From an uncultured delta proteobacterium (GTDB lineage Bacteria; Desulfobacterota; Binatia; UBA9968): 64,000 bases of DNA. Under the pieces are notes generated by a model. The model had not been told where the DNA came from, made no database searches, and saw nothing but the letters and a program-made list of their open reading frames with translations. Position numbers and translations under genes: made by a program. The stretch covers positions 352,001-416,000 of the forward strand of contig CAVUVW010000014.1 in NCBI GenBank assembly GCA_963745035.1, in the 5' to 3' direction. This document shows, in pieces, positions 24,967-35,059 of the stretch; within the stretch, counting starts at the first letter, position 1; every line of letters starts with the position of its first letter.

Positions 24967-26529
24967 CTATTTCCGTAACTTCTCCGGCGGCGCAAAGCCG
25001 TGGCGCAGGGTGTTTTCCGAGATCGTTCGCGGTTCGAGAAACTGCAACAGATAATCGGGGCCGCCCGCCTTGGAGCCGATGCCCGAGAGCTTGAGCCCGC
25101 CGAAGGGCTGGCGCTCGACCACCGCGCCGGTGATACCGCGGTTGATATACAAATTGCCGACGCGAAATTCCTTGCGCGCCTGCTCGATATGCGCCGGTGA
25201 GCGCGAGAACACTCCGCCGGTGAGCGCGAAAGCGGAGCGATTGGCGATGTGCAGAGCCTGCGCGAAATCGCGCGCCTTGATCACGGCGAGAACCGGACCG
25301 AAGATTTCTTCCTGGGCGATGCGGCTGGCAGGATCGACTTCGCTGAAGATCGCCGGACCGACGAAGTAACCTTCCTTCGGCGCCGCCATCTCCAGAACGC
25401 ATTTCGCTTCTTTTTTGCCGAGAGCGATGTAGCGGCCGATGCGCTCCTGAGCTTCGCCTTCGATCACCGGCCCGACGGCATGGCGCGGATCTTCCGGCGG
25501 GCCGATTTTCAGGCTCCGCGCCGCCTCGGTCAACCGGGATAGAAACCGGTCGTGCACTTCGCGCACGAGGATCAGCCGCGAGGCCGCCGAGCACTTTTGC
25601 CCCTGGTAGCCGAAGGCCGAGTCGATGACGTGGTGCACCGCCTCGTCGAGGTCGGCGTCGCCATCGATGATCACCGCGTTCTTGCCGCCCATCTCGCATA
25701 CGACCCGCTTCACGTGCGCTTGTCCGGCGCGCTGCGTGTAGGCCTCGCGCAAAATCTCCAAGCCCACTTCGCGCGAACCGGTGAACGCGATCAAATGAAT
25801 CTTCGGCGACCGAACCAGATAAGCGCCGATCTCGCCGCCGCCTTGAAGGAGCTGGCAAGCGTCGGCCGGCAATCCGGCAGAGCGTAAAATATCCATGAGA
25901 TGCACCGCCATGATCGGCGACTGCTCGGCCGGCTTGACCAGCGCACAGTTGCCCGTCGCGAGCCCCGCCGCGGTCATACCGGTGAGGATTGCCAGCGGGA
26001 AATTCCACGGAGCGATGATCGCGGCGATGCCGCGGGGCTCGTAAAAATAGACGTTGGTTTCACCGGGGAGTTGTTGCGTATCCCGCGGCGCGGCAATGCG
26101 GAGCATCTCCCTCGCGTAATAATTCAGATAATCAATGGCCTCGATGATATCGGCGTCGGCCTCGCGCCATCCTTTGCCGACTTCGAAAACCTCCCAAGCC
26201 GCGAGCTCCCAGCGCCTTTCTCGCATGATGGCAGCGGCCCTAGTTAAAATCTTGGCGCGCTCTTGGGCGGGAGTACCGCGCCATTCGGGAAAGAAGCGTG
26301 CAGTCCGTTCCACCGCTTCCTGTGCCTGATCGACACTGGCAATGCGGACGCGTCCGACGATCTCTTTTGGATTGGCGGGATTAACCGAGTCGAGCCATTG
26401 GCCCGCGGTTCGCCTGGGGACGCGCTCTTTGAATTGACCGCGCACCTTCTCGAGGGTTTGCGCAAAGCGCTCCCGATTGTCGCGCCGGGAAAAGTCGATC
26501 GGTGGCTCGTTGCGAAAAGCCTCAGCCAT
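24967..26529 (-). CDS. putA: L-glutamate gamma-semialdehyde (P5C) dehydrogenase, PutA C-terminal module
   Basis: FRNEP, PWNFP, FTGS, CEMGGKN, GQKCSA, EEIFGP and GNLYINR. Confidence 0.92.
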   Translation of the reverse strand: MAEAFRNEPPIDFSRRDNRERFAQTLEKVRGQFKERVPRRTAGQWLDSVNPANPKEIVGRVRIASVDQAQEAVERTARFFPEWRGTPAQERAKILTRAAAIMRERRWELAAWEVFEVGKGWREADADIIEAIDYLNYYAREMLRIAAPRDTQQLPGETNVYFYEPRGIAAIIAPWNFPLAILTGMTAAGLATGNCALVKPAEQSPIMAVHLMDILRSAGLPADACQLLQGGGEIGAYLVRSPKIHLIAFTGSREVGLEILREAYTQRAGQAHVKRVVCEMGGKNAVIIDGDADLDEAVHHVIDSAFGYQGQKCSAASRLILVREVHDRFLSRLTEAARSLKIGPPEDPRHAVGPVIEGEAQERIGRYIALGKKEAKCVLEMAAPKEGYFVGPAIFSEVDPASRIAQEEIFGPVLAVIKARDFAQALHIANRSAFALTGGVFSRSPAHIEQARKEFRVGNLYINRGITGAVVERQPFGGLKLSGIGSKAGGPDYLLQFLEPRTISENTLRHGFAPPEKLRK

Positions 26530-27910
26530 GGTTTTGCTCGTTGGACAATAGAGCGTTTGCTTTGCTCGCCGGAATCGGCGGTTTGATCAAGCTCGCGATG
26601 TCCCGTCGATCGGCGTAGGTCTGGCGCAGGAAAGAAGTATTGGAAGTATTCTCCATCAGCCGGCGGATAAGATAGGACATGCCGGGCAGCAAGTCGCCGA
26701 CCGGCAGATAGACGCGCACGCGCTCGCCATGCCGGATGATCGCCTGGCGCACCGGCTCGGCCATGCCGTAAAGCATCTGGATCTCGTAGCCGCCGCGCGG
26801 CACGCCGATCATCTTCGCGACGACGATGGCGTGCGCCAAGCTCCGCAGATTGTGGCTGCCAAACGCCGCGTCGATCACGTCGTGATTCTCCAGAAGTAGC
26901 CGGCTCAGCCGCTCGTAGCTCGCGTCGGTCTCGGCTTTCTCGAGGTAGACCGGAATCGGCCAGCTTTTCTGTTTGGCCCAGGCGATCTCGCTGTCCCAGT
27001 ACGCTCCTTTCACCAGGCGCACGCCGATCCTGCGTTTATGCCGGCGCGCCCAGCGGATCAACTCGCGAACGTCCTGCTCGGCATCGCGCAGGTAGGCTTG
27101 CAACGCGATCGCCGCGCGCGGCTCCCGGCAGAACTCTTCTTCCTCCAGCACCGCGCGAAAGATCTCCAACGTCAACTCTTTGAACGCATACTGCTCCATG
27201 TCGACGGTAATCGCCGCGCCCAGACGGCTTGCCTCGCGAAACAGCTCGCGCAGCCTTTGGCCGACGGCAACCTCGGTGTTGGGGTCGAGCGGATCGAAGC
27301 GCGCGCACAACGCGGAGAGCTTGACCGACAGATTGACCCGCGGAATCTTTCCCGCCGGTGCGTCGTCGATCTGCGCGCATGTCTGCCAACTCTCGCTCGC
27401 CGTCGCCAATCGGCGTAGCAGATCGAGATAGCGCTGCTGCATGGCCTGCGCTTCGAAATCGCTGACCGTCGCCTCGCCGACGACGTCGAGCGTAAACGCC
27501 GCCGGCTCCTTGCGCAGGCTTTCCAGGACCGCGAACAAATGGCCGCTGCTCTCCTCGGCGATAAAGCGGCGCGCTAGGGTAACGACGTTGCGCCGCACCA
27601 CGGGCGCGACCAGCGTGCCCGCATGAAGCGCCTGGGCGAGAACGGCTAACCCGCCGAGCGCATGATCGACGCGCGAGAAATATTCTTCAAGATGGCGGCC
27701 GATCTCGCTGGACGATTCCAAGCTCGGCAAAACGTCGACGAAGCGAAACAAAGCGACGCGCAAAGACTCGTCTGCGAGCGACCAGTCGATCATCCGGCCG
27801 AGCAGATCCTTGGCTTCGAAAAGCGACGGCTTGTGCTCGGCCGCTTTATGGTAAAGCGCGCGCGCCAGCGATTGCACGGCGTGCTCGACGGTGTCCGGTC
27901 GCGTGGTCAT
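26522..27910 (-). CDS. putA: Proline dehydrogenase, PutA N-terminal module
   Basis: LFRFVDVLP, SVKLS, VDME, QAYL, RLVKGAYW, GSHN, QMLYGM and YLIRRLMEN. Confidence 0.92.
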   Translation of the reverse strand: MTTRPDTVEHAVQSLARALYHKAAEHKPSLFEAKDLLGRMIDWSLADESLRVALFRFVDVLPSLESSSEIGRHLEEYFSRVDHALGGLAVLAQALHAGTLVAPVVRRNVVTLARRFIAEESSGHLFAVLESLRKEPAAFTLDVVGEATVSDFEAQAMQQRYLDLLRRLATASESWQTCAQIDDAPAGKIPRVNLSVKLSALCARFDPLDPNTEVAVGQRLRELFREASRLGAAITVDMEQYAFKELTLEIFRAVLEEEEFCREPRAAIALQAYLRDAEQDVRELIRWARRHKRRIGVRLVKGAYWDSEIAWAKQKSWPIPVYLEKAETDASYERLSRLLLENHDVIDAAFGSHNLRSLAHAIVVAKMIGVPRGGYEIQMLYGMAEPVRQAIIRHGERVRVYLPVGDLLPGMSYLIRRLMENTSNTSFLRQTYADRRDIASLIKPPIPASKANALLSNEQNHG

Positions 27911-28129
27911 GGAGTTGGAAAAATGATTGGTAACACGACAGCGATCGCGATAGATTCTCCGTCTGATCGCCGCTGTTTGTGTTCGTATAGAACATCATAA
28001 TACGATCGCCGCCGACGGTGAAAGACCGTGATTTTTCATCGAACAGCTCGTTTCTTTCTCCCTCGCCACGAAGTAGGAGAGGGTGAGGTGAGGGCATCGG
28101 TAGAGTAGATCAACGAACGAGACTTTCCC

Positions 28130-29833
28130 ATGAACAAGCCCATCGAGACGGCAACTTCGACGATCACCGGCGCGGAGGCGGCAGTCGAGATGCTCCGAGC
28201 GCACGGCGTCGAGATTCTCTTCGGCCTGTGCGGCGATACCAGCTTGCCGTTCTACGACGCGCTGGCGCGCTTGCCGCACGGCATGCGCCACATACTCGCG
28301 CGCGACGAGCGCTCCGCCGCCTACATGGCCGACGGCTACGCGCGCGTGTCTGGCAAGGTCGGCATCTGCGAAGGTCCGAGCGGCGGCGGCGTGACTTATA
28401 TTCTGCCGGGGGTTGCCGAAGCCAACGAATCGTCGGTGCCGCTGTTATGCATCAATTCGGATATTTCCGTCGGCGCGCGCGGCCGCTTTACCCTGACGGA
28501 ACTGGATCAGGGCGCGCTCATGCGTCCGGTGACGAAATGGAACAGCGTGCTCGACAAAAGCGAAGATTTGCCGGGCGCGTTTCGCGAAGCTTTCAGGCAA
28601 ATGACCACCGGACGCCCGGGAGCCGCTCACATCGCTCTGCCCTTCGACGTGCAAAACGGCCTCGTGAATCGTACTGAAATTTGCGGCGATGCGAATTTTG
28701 GCCGGTATCCTGCCGAGCGCGCAGCGCCCGACTTAGATTCCGTCGAACGCGCCGCTCGATTGTTGCGTGAGGCGGCACGACCGGTTTTCATCTGCGGCGG
28801 CGGGGTGATGATCTCAGGCGCCGAGGCCGAACTCGCCCGACTCGCGGAGCGCCTTTCGGCGCCGGTCGCGACCACCATCAGCGGCAAAGGATCGATCAGC
28901 GAACATCATCCGCTTGCCACAGGCGTGGTCGGCTCCAACGGCGGCACCCCGGAGACCCGATCAATCGTAGATCAAGCCGACCTGATCATTTTCGTCGGCT
29001 GCCGCGCCGGCTCGGTGACCACCGAGCGCTGGCGCCATCCGGCGCCGGGAAAAACAAAGGTGGTTCACCTGGATGTGGACGAAAAGGTTCCCCGAACCAA
29101 CTATCCTGCTGACGCGGCGCTCCTCGGCGACGCGCAGCTCGGGCTTAGAATGTTGAACGAAGCGCTTGCCGATACACAGCGCCCGCTCGATGCAGCACTC
29201 GTGCAAAAGGCCAAGGAACAGAAATTCGCAAAGTTCCAGGCGCTCGCCGAGTCGCACGAAAAACCCATAAAACCGGAGCGCGTGGTTGCCGCGCTCGCCG
29301 GCGCGCTCGATGCCGATGCCATCGTCGTCGCTGACGCCGGCACGCCGTGCCCGTATTTTTCGGCCTATTATGAAGTGGGCGAAGCCGGCCGACGCTTTTT
29401 CTCTAACCGCGCCCACGGCGCACTCGGTTATTCGATGGCTGCCGCCATGGGCGCGCATTTCGCGAAGCCCCAAGTCAAATGCGTCTCGGTGATGGGCGAC
29501 GGCAGCTTCGGCTTCACCTGCGGCGAGCTCGAAACCGCCGCCCGCTACCGCCTGCCGATCACTTTTATCGTAATTTCAAACGCCAGCTACGGCTGGATCA
29601 AAGCCGGCCAAAAAGCCGGCTACGATCAACGCTATTTTTCCGTGGATTTCGCTGTAACGGATCACGCCGCCGTGGCAGCCGCCTTCGGCGTCAAGAGCTG
29701 GCGCGTGACCGAGCCCGGAGATTTGGCGAATTCATTGGGACAAGCCTTGGCGTACGGCGGGCCCAGTCTGGTGGACATCGTCTGTCAGCCGCTGCACGAA
29801 GCCAAAGCTCCGGTATCGGAGTGGATTGCGTGA
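28130..29833 (+). CDS. Thiamine-pyrophosphate enzyme, acetolactate synthase large-subunit-like
   Basis: RDERSAAYMADGYAR, GRPGAAHI and TPP motif GDGSF...SNASYG. Confidence 0.9.
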   Translation: MNKPIETATSTITGAEAAVEMLRAHGVEILFGLCGDTSLPFYDALARLPHGMRHILARDERSAAYMADGYARVSGKVGICEGPSGGGVTYILPGVAEANESSVPLLCINSDISVGARGRFTLTELDQGALMRPVTKWNSVLDKSEDLPGAFREAFRQMTTGRPGAAHIALPFDVQNGLVNRTEICGDANFGRYPAERAAPDLDSVERAARLLREAARPVFICGGGVMISGAEAELARLAERLSAPVATTISGKGSISEHHPLATGVVGSNGGTPETRSIVDQADLIIFVGCRAGSVTTERWRHPAPGKTKVVHLDVDEKVPRTNYPADAALLGDAQLGLRMLNEALADTQRPLDAALVQKAKEQKFAKFQALAESHEKPIKPERVVAALAGALDADAIVVADAGTPCPYFSAYYEVGEAGRRFFSNRAHGALGYSMAAAMGAHFAKPQVKCVSVMGDGSFGFTCGELETAARYRLPITFIVISNASYGWIKAGQKAGYDQRYFSVDFAVTDHAAVAAAFGVKSWRVTEPGDLANSLGQALAYGGPSLVDIVCQPLHEAKAPVSEWIA

Positions 29834-29836
29834 AGC

Positions 29837-29921
29837 AGGCATTAGGCGCTAGGCAACAGGCAACAGTAAGTCAAAATCGTTCTTCGTTTTCACTGTTGCC
29901 TAATGCCTGTTGCCTGTTGCC
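29837..29921. repeat. Inverted heptamer (AGGCAAC-like) tracts between convergent genes; possible bidirectional terminator hairpin
   Basis: aggcattaggcgctaggcaacaggcaacagt faces actgttgcctaatgcctgttgcctgttgcc. Confidence 0.65.
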
Positions 29922-29924
29922 TTT

Positions 29925-30387
29925 TTAATTCTTCAGCCGCACTTTGCTGCCGAGATTGGCGCAGTCTTCGTCGGTCTTGAGACCCGCGGCGCGGATGCCG
30001 TGCGCGGCGAGTTCCTCGTCGCGCTCCTGGGTATCGCCGGTGACGCCGACGGCGCCGAGCAGCTCGCCATTTTGAGTCGCGGACCAGCATGCCGCCGCCT
30101 TCGGGAAAAATCTGATCGTCGGAAGCGCGGATCAAATACTGCATGAACAGCGGTCGTTCCTCGGTACGCATGCGCACCAACGACGAAGAGCGCCCCAGAG
30201 CCAGCGCCGCGTACGCTTTGCCGAAGGCCATCTCGAATCGCATCATCGCGGAGTCGTCTTCTTTTTGAAACGCTTTGACCTTGGCGCCGGGCTCGACGAC
30301 GATCACGCTCATCGGCCGGCAATTCAGCTCGCGGGCCCGAGAAAAGATCGCGGTGATGATCCGGTTTGCCTGCTCCAGATTGATCAT
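29925..30387 (-). CDS. GlcG/HbpS heme-binding protein; frameshift near 30070
   Basis: SVIVVEPG, AFGKAYAA and PEGGGML; continues in another frame as GAVGVTGDT...DE. Confidence 0.8.
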
Positions 30388-30547
30388 ATCGATCCCTTCC
30401 GAGGGAGGGATTGATGAACGCTATCAAGACTCGACCCGCACAGAGTTTTCTGACCAAAGGGACGGATGCTTCACCATAACTGATTTATGAGTTTACGCTC
30501 GCCTCAGATAATAAATGGGAAGTTATCACGGCACGATTCCCGCCAGT

Positions 30548-30650
30548 CGTCATTCCCCGCACGCGGAAATCCAGGTTTTGTTTTCGCGAATTAGCCTGGA
30601 TACCCGCCCCCGCTTTCGCGAGGGCATGCTTTCGAATCGCTGGTATGACG
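30548..30650. repeat. REP/MITE-like palindromic element
   Basis: gtcattccccgcacgcggaaatccagg ... cctggatacccg ... ggtatgacg inverted ends in an intergenic region. Confidence 0.55.
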
Positions 30651-30769
30651 GAACCAACTACTCCCCCAGCTGCTAACATTCGCACCCTTCTTTCGAAAGA
30701 GCCGCGAAGGCCACGACAATTATCTAAACTAAATCTTGGCGTCCTTCGCGCCTTGTGGTTAGGCCAGTC

Positions 30770-31630
30770 TTAACTGAACAAAACGGCCGCCAGCTCGGAG
30801 CGATATTTATCCGTGAGCGGGTCGTCCGGTCCCAGGACCTCAAAGATCTGCAGCATCGCCTTGCGCGCGCCGTCGTCCTGAAAGTTACGATCGGCGCGCA
30901 CGATGTGCAGAAACTCCTTGAGCGCTTCTTCATACTTTTCCGCGCCTGCAAGCGCCTGGGCGAGCTCGTAGCGCGCCGCCAAATTGTTCGGCTCCGCCTT
31001 TACTTTCTCTCTGAGGGCGTTCAGGTTCTCCGCCGCGCCGCCCTGGAGCTTGAGGCGGGCAATCAAACGATCGGCATCCTTGCGCGCGTCGTCGACCAGA
31101 GAAATTTTCTCTAGATGCTCCAGTGCGGCGTCGTTGTCTCCTTCGTTCATCGCGAGCCGGCCGAGCCCGAGCAGTGCCTTGGCATGATTGGGATCGACGT
31201 CGATGATCGCCTGGTACGCGCGCTTGGCCTCGGCGGTTTTTCCGGCCGCCTCCAGCTCGGCCGCCTCGTCGGCTTCTTTGTCCGCGGCGGTGGGCAGGAA
31301 CTTGGACAAAAACTCCCGCACCATCGGCTCGGGCAGTGCGCCGGTGAATTCTGAAGCCAGGTCACCATCCTTGAAAAGCTTCACCGCCGGGATGCCTTGA
31401 ATGCCGAACACGCCGGCGAGATTCGGATTTTCATCGACGTTCACCTTGGCGAGCCGAAATTCTCCTTTGTACTCGTCGGCAAGCTTTTCCAGCAGCGGTC
31501 CGAGGGTTTTGCATGGTCCGCACCACGGCGCCCAGAAGTCCACCAGCACGGGAACTTCGGTGGAGCGCTCCAAGACCTCGCTCTCGAAATTTTCCTCGCC
31601 AACGTCGGTAGTCCACTGATTCATTTGCAA
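30770..31630 (-). CDS. cnoX: Thioredoxin-TPR co-chaperone (CnoX/YbbN)
   Basis: [11 protein letters not shown] domain, TPR helices and C-terminal [10 protein letters not shown]. Confidence 0.9.
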   Translation of the reverse strand: MQMNQWTTDVGEENFESEVLERSTEVPVLVDFWAPWCGPCKTLGPLLEKLADEYKGEFRLAKVNVDENPNLAGVFGIQGIPAVKLFKDGDLASEFTGALPEPMVREFLSKFLPTAADKEADEAAELEAAGKTAEAKRAYQAIIDVDPNHAKALLGLGRLAMNEGDNDAALEHLEKISLVDDARKDADRLIARLKLQGGAAENLNALREKVKAEPNNLAARYELAQALAGAEKYEEALKEFLHIVRADRNFQDDGARKAMLQIFEVLGPDDPLTDKYRSELAAVLFS

Positions 31631-31681
31631 TGCTCTCTTATCTCCAGCCGTTTAAGCTATTTGGACGGCTTGAACGATTCT

Positions 31682-31927
31682 TTATTTTGCGATGATCGCT
31701 TTGGCGAAATTGCGCACGTTGGCCGCCACCGGACGCATGGCGTAAACGACCGTCTCCCAAATCTCGTCCTCGCTCGCGCCCAGCTCCCGCGCCCGGCCCA
31801 GGTGAAGTTTCGCGCCGTGCTCATGGCCGATCGCCAAATTGACTGCAAACAAGATAAGCTGCGCCGCCTTCGGATCCAGCGAACCTTCTTTGTACTTTAC
31901 GTTGAAAAATTCTTTGTCCGTCGTCAT
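31682..31927 (-). CDS. Carboxymuconolactone decarboxylase/AhpD-like small protein
   Basis: LDPKAAQLI...HLGRARELGASEDEIWE CMD motif. No cysteines. Confidence 0.7.
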   Translation of the reverse strand: MTTDKEFFNVKYKEGSLDPKAAQLILFAVNLAIGHEHGAKLHLGRARELGASEDEIWETVVYAMRPVAANVRNFAKAIIAK

Positions 31928-31968
31928 CGCATCACCTCCAAGCGGTCATCGGAATCGGAAGGTACGAA

Positions 31969-32054
31969 ACTCACCGCGGAGACGCGGAGTACGCCAAGAA
32001 AGGAAATCTCATTATGAAACGCTCCGAAACTCCGCGCACTCCGCGCCTCCGCGG
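31969..32054. repeat. Inverted 9-mer (CGCGGAGAC-like) repeat hairpin
   Basis: accgcggagacgcggagtacgc faces ctccgcgcactccgcgcctccgcggt. Confidence 0.55.
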
Positions 32055-32088
32055 TCGATCGTATTTAGCTCAATCGTTGGCCGCATCA

Positions 32089-32583
32089 TCATTTATTTTT
32101 GAAAGACTCAGGATCGAATGGCGCGCCATTCAAGCGGTACTCGCTTTTCACTTCGGTCGGTTGGCGAATGGTCTGGATCACGTAACATCCCGCTTCGGCG
32201 TTGCGCACCACCTTGGCGATCTTCTCCGGCGGCTCGCTTGAAGCGATCTCGCAGCGGGTCTCCACGCCCAGTCCCTGCGCCTGCACGGTTTCCCGCAATA
32301 CCGAGCCTTCGTTCTTGAAGCGGGCCGTCACAAAAATCTTCGCCTTATCGATGTGGGTTTTGAGCATTTCCCCGTACCGGGAAATTTGCGTGAGCAGTCA
32401 AAACCCGACCGATAGCCCGAAGTACGCGAGCGGCGGCGGCGCGGTGTTGTCGCCACCGATACGCTCCCCCTCGTCACAATAAACCGTGAAACCGCGCGCG
32501 TGCCCTTCCTTGCGCATCCGTTCCAGGGTCTCGGCGTCGGCTTCCAAAACAATTTCGCGCTTGATCTCCAAGTCATCCGCCAT
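32089..32583 (-). CDS. OsmC-family peroxiredoxin-like protein with in-frame UGA (probable selenocysteine at codon 62)
   Basis: ORFs 32398..32583 and 32089..32367 are in the same frame, separated only by TGA: GGDNTAPPPLAYFGLSVGF-U-LLTQ. Second Cys in AEAGCYV. Hairpin follows the UGA. Confidence 0.8.
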
Positions 32584-32649
32584 AAATTGCTCCTAGTTGT
32601 GGGCCGCCGCTGCTATCAATATAAGAATAATCCCGTGCCCTTGCCAACC

Positions 32650-33735
32650 TCAGTCGAGTGAAATTTTGTTATCTTGCTCAGGCTGTCGATACTCCTCCGA
32701 ATAGAGATCCAGCAAGGCTCTGAGCAAGGCGAAGATCACCGGACCGAGGACGATGCCGACCGCTCCGAACAGCGCCAGGCCGCCGAGGATGCCGAAGAAA
32801 AGGAAGAGCACCGGCAATCCGAGCCGGTTGCCGATGATCAACGGCTTGAGGACGTTATCCACCGTGCCGACGATTCCGAGCGACCACGCCAGCAGCAGGA
32901 AGGCCCTGAGGGTTTCGCCCTGGAGAAACAAATAAATCGTCGCCGGGATCGAAACCAAGGTCGAGCCGCCCACCGGCAGGAGCGCGACGAATCCCGTGAC
33001 CACGCCCCACAATACGGCGAACGGCACGCCCAAAAAATAATAGGCGAAGCCAGCGAGAAGCCCCTGGACCATCCCGACCACTAGCGAGCCATGCACGACG
33101 GCCAAGACCGCATCGACGATATTCTTGAACAAGCGTTGTTGATGTTCCCGATCCATCGGCACCAGCCGCTGCAGCTTGGAAAAAAATTCCTTGCCGTCGC
33201 GCAGCAGAAAAAACAACGTGATCAGCGTAATGATGACGTTGACGGTAAAAAGCAATACATTTTGGGCGATACCGGTGGCGCGCTCGACCAGGACCTTGGA
33301 AGACGATTGCGCTCCCTGGGCGAGCAACTCTTTCCAGTTGATGTTGAAGTCCATCAAACGGAACGAGACCAGGTTCCACCAACCCACGAGCTGCTGCACC
33401 CAGGGCTTGGCCAGCCACTCTTGCTTGCCGTCTTCTTCCAGCAGGGAGCGAAACGATTGAACCAACAGAACCGCCTCTTCGGTCAAAAACTTGCCGAGCT
33501 CGATCCCCGGCGCAATGATGATCAGGGCGATGGCGGCGATCACCGTGATCGCCGCGAGCGTCGTCCGCCCGCGAAAACGCTGCAGCAGCCAAATGTAGAA
33601 GGGATACACCAGGATGGCGAGGATCGCCGCCCAGGTGATCGCGGTCAAAAACGGCGTCAAGACCAAGAACGCGCCGTAGAGAATCAGGCTAAATAGCGCG
33701 AAAAAAAAAGCCGTCACGAGCCAAGTTTGGTTCAC
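32650..33735 (-). CDS. AI-2E family transporter
   Basis: Multi-TM protein with FFLLRDG, QGLLAG, DNVLKP and GIVLGP. Confidence 0.9.
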   Translation of the reverse strand: MNQTWLVTAFFFALFSLILYGAFLVLTPFLTAITWAAILAILVYPFYIWLLQRFRGRTTLAAITVIAAIALIIIAPGIELGKFLTEEAVLLVQSFRSLLEEDGKQEWLAKPWVQQLVGWWNLVSFRLMDFNINWKELLAQGAQSSSKVLVERATGIAQNVLLFTVNVIITLITLFFLLRDGKEFFSKLQRLVPMDREHQQRLFKNIVDAVLAVVHGSLVVGMVQGLLAGFAYYFLGVPFAVLWGVVTGFVALLPVGGSTLVSIPATIYLFLQGETLRAFLLLAWSLGIVGTVDNVLKPLIIGNRLGLPVLFLFFGILGGLALFGAVGIVLGPVIFALLRALLDLYSEEYRQPEQDNKISLD

Positions 33736-33953
33736 CGATCGTTCTCCATTTGCGATAGCTCCAAAACTCTACGCATAAGCTACCCGACCTTCAAGCGCTC
33801 GGCTCATTGGACTGGTTTTGAAGCGCAGCAAGCTTGCTACAGGGATATATCAAAACGACTACGCTCGCCTCGACTCGGCAGGCGCTGCGCTCCCCGCCCG
33901 CGAAAATAGCCCTGTAGGTCAAGAGCTTGCCACGGAAAGAATTGATCTGGCGC

Positions 33954-33969
33954 TTGGTACGCCACTTGC
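33954..33969 (+). promoter_or_regulatory. Putative sigma54 promoter upstream of the SBP array
   Basis: TTGGTACGCCACTTGC matches TGGYACG-N4-TTGC, about 120 nt before the first SBP ATG. Confidence 0.55.
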
Positions 33970-34087
33970 GCTATGAACCGTGGTCGAACCGGATACATCG
34001 CTTGCCGGACCGTTCGCCTCGATCAACGTCCAAAACTCTGGCTGCCTAATCCCCATGCAGTCCTGCCGGAAGGCTACGCAAAATTTT

Positions 34088-35059
34088 ATGACGAGACAAA
34101 TTTTTCTGTTGCTGGCTTCTTTGTTTGTGCTGGCGCCTCGGTTGGCTATCGGGCAGGCGACAAAACCGCACCGCGTCGGAGTGATTCATCCCGGCGGCTC
34201 ACAGTACGAGACCCTCGACGGTTTGCGCCAGGGGCTCAAGGAACTCGGCTTAGAGGAAGGTCGACAAATTGTCCTGGATATTCGCGATCTCAAGGGCGAT
34301 GCGTCCGCCGCGGACAAGGAAGCCGCCTCGTTGGAGAAGGAAAATGTCAGCTTGATCTACGCGTTGACGACAACGGTGATCAGCAAGGCGAAGGCGGCGA
34401 CCAGCAAAGTCCCCATTGTATTCGCCATCGGCAGCGATCCGGTTACCGGCGGATTGGTGGACAGCTTCGCCAGGCCCGGCGGCCGGCTGACCGGCGTTCA
34501 TTATCTGGTGCGCGATCTTACGGGTAAACGGCTCGAGATCTTGAAAGAGATCTTGCCCAAGATCAACCGTGTCCTCACCTTCTACGATCCCACCAGTCGC
34601 GTCGCCATTGAGGGGGCAAGCTTGGCGCGCGAAGACGCCAAGCGGCTCGGCATCAAGCTTATCGAACGGCATGTCCGCTCCGTTGAGGAAGTGAAAGCCG
34701 AGATCCAAAAGCTCAAGACTGGCGACGCCGATGCGTTTCTTTTCTCGCCAGACCCAATGGTCGGCAGCCAATCGCAGCTCATCATCGATGTCGCAAAAGC
34801 GAAAAAGCTCCCCACAATGTTTCAAGAGCAAGGCATGGTCGGAAAAGGAGCGCTCGCTGCTTACGGGCAGAATTATCAGGAGATCGGCTGGGTCTCGGCC
34901 AAGTACGTGCAGCAGATTCTCAACGGCGCCAATCCGAGAGACATGAAAATCGAAACCGTGGACAGCGTCGAGCTGGCGATCAATCTACAGACCGCCAAGC
35001 AACTCGGCGTGGCGATTCCACCGCAGGTCCTGGCGCGGGCGAAGAAAGTGATCCGGTGA
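34088..35059 (+). CDS. ABC_sub_bind-type SBP, copy 1 (most divergent)
   Basis: Signal peptide, DPVTGGLVDSFARPGG, GKRLEILKE and INLQTAKQLG...VLARA. Confidence 0.9.
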   Translation: MTRQIFLLLASLFVLAPRLAIGQATKPHRVGVIHPGGSQYETLDGLRQGLKELGLEEGRQIVLDIRDLKGDASAADKEAASLEKENVSLIYALTTTVISKAKAATSKVPIVFAIGSDPVTGGLVDSFARPGGRLTGVHYLVRDLTGKRLEILKEILPKINRVLTFYDPTSRVAIEGASLAREDAKRLGIKLIERHVRSVEEVKAEIQKLKTGDADAFLFSPDPMVGSQSQLIIDVAKAKKLPTMFQEQGMVGKGALAAYGQNYQEIGWVSAKYVQQILNGANPRDMKIETVDSVELAINLQTAKQLGVAIPPQVLARAKKVIR

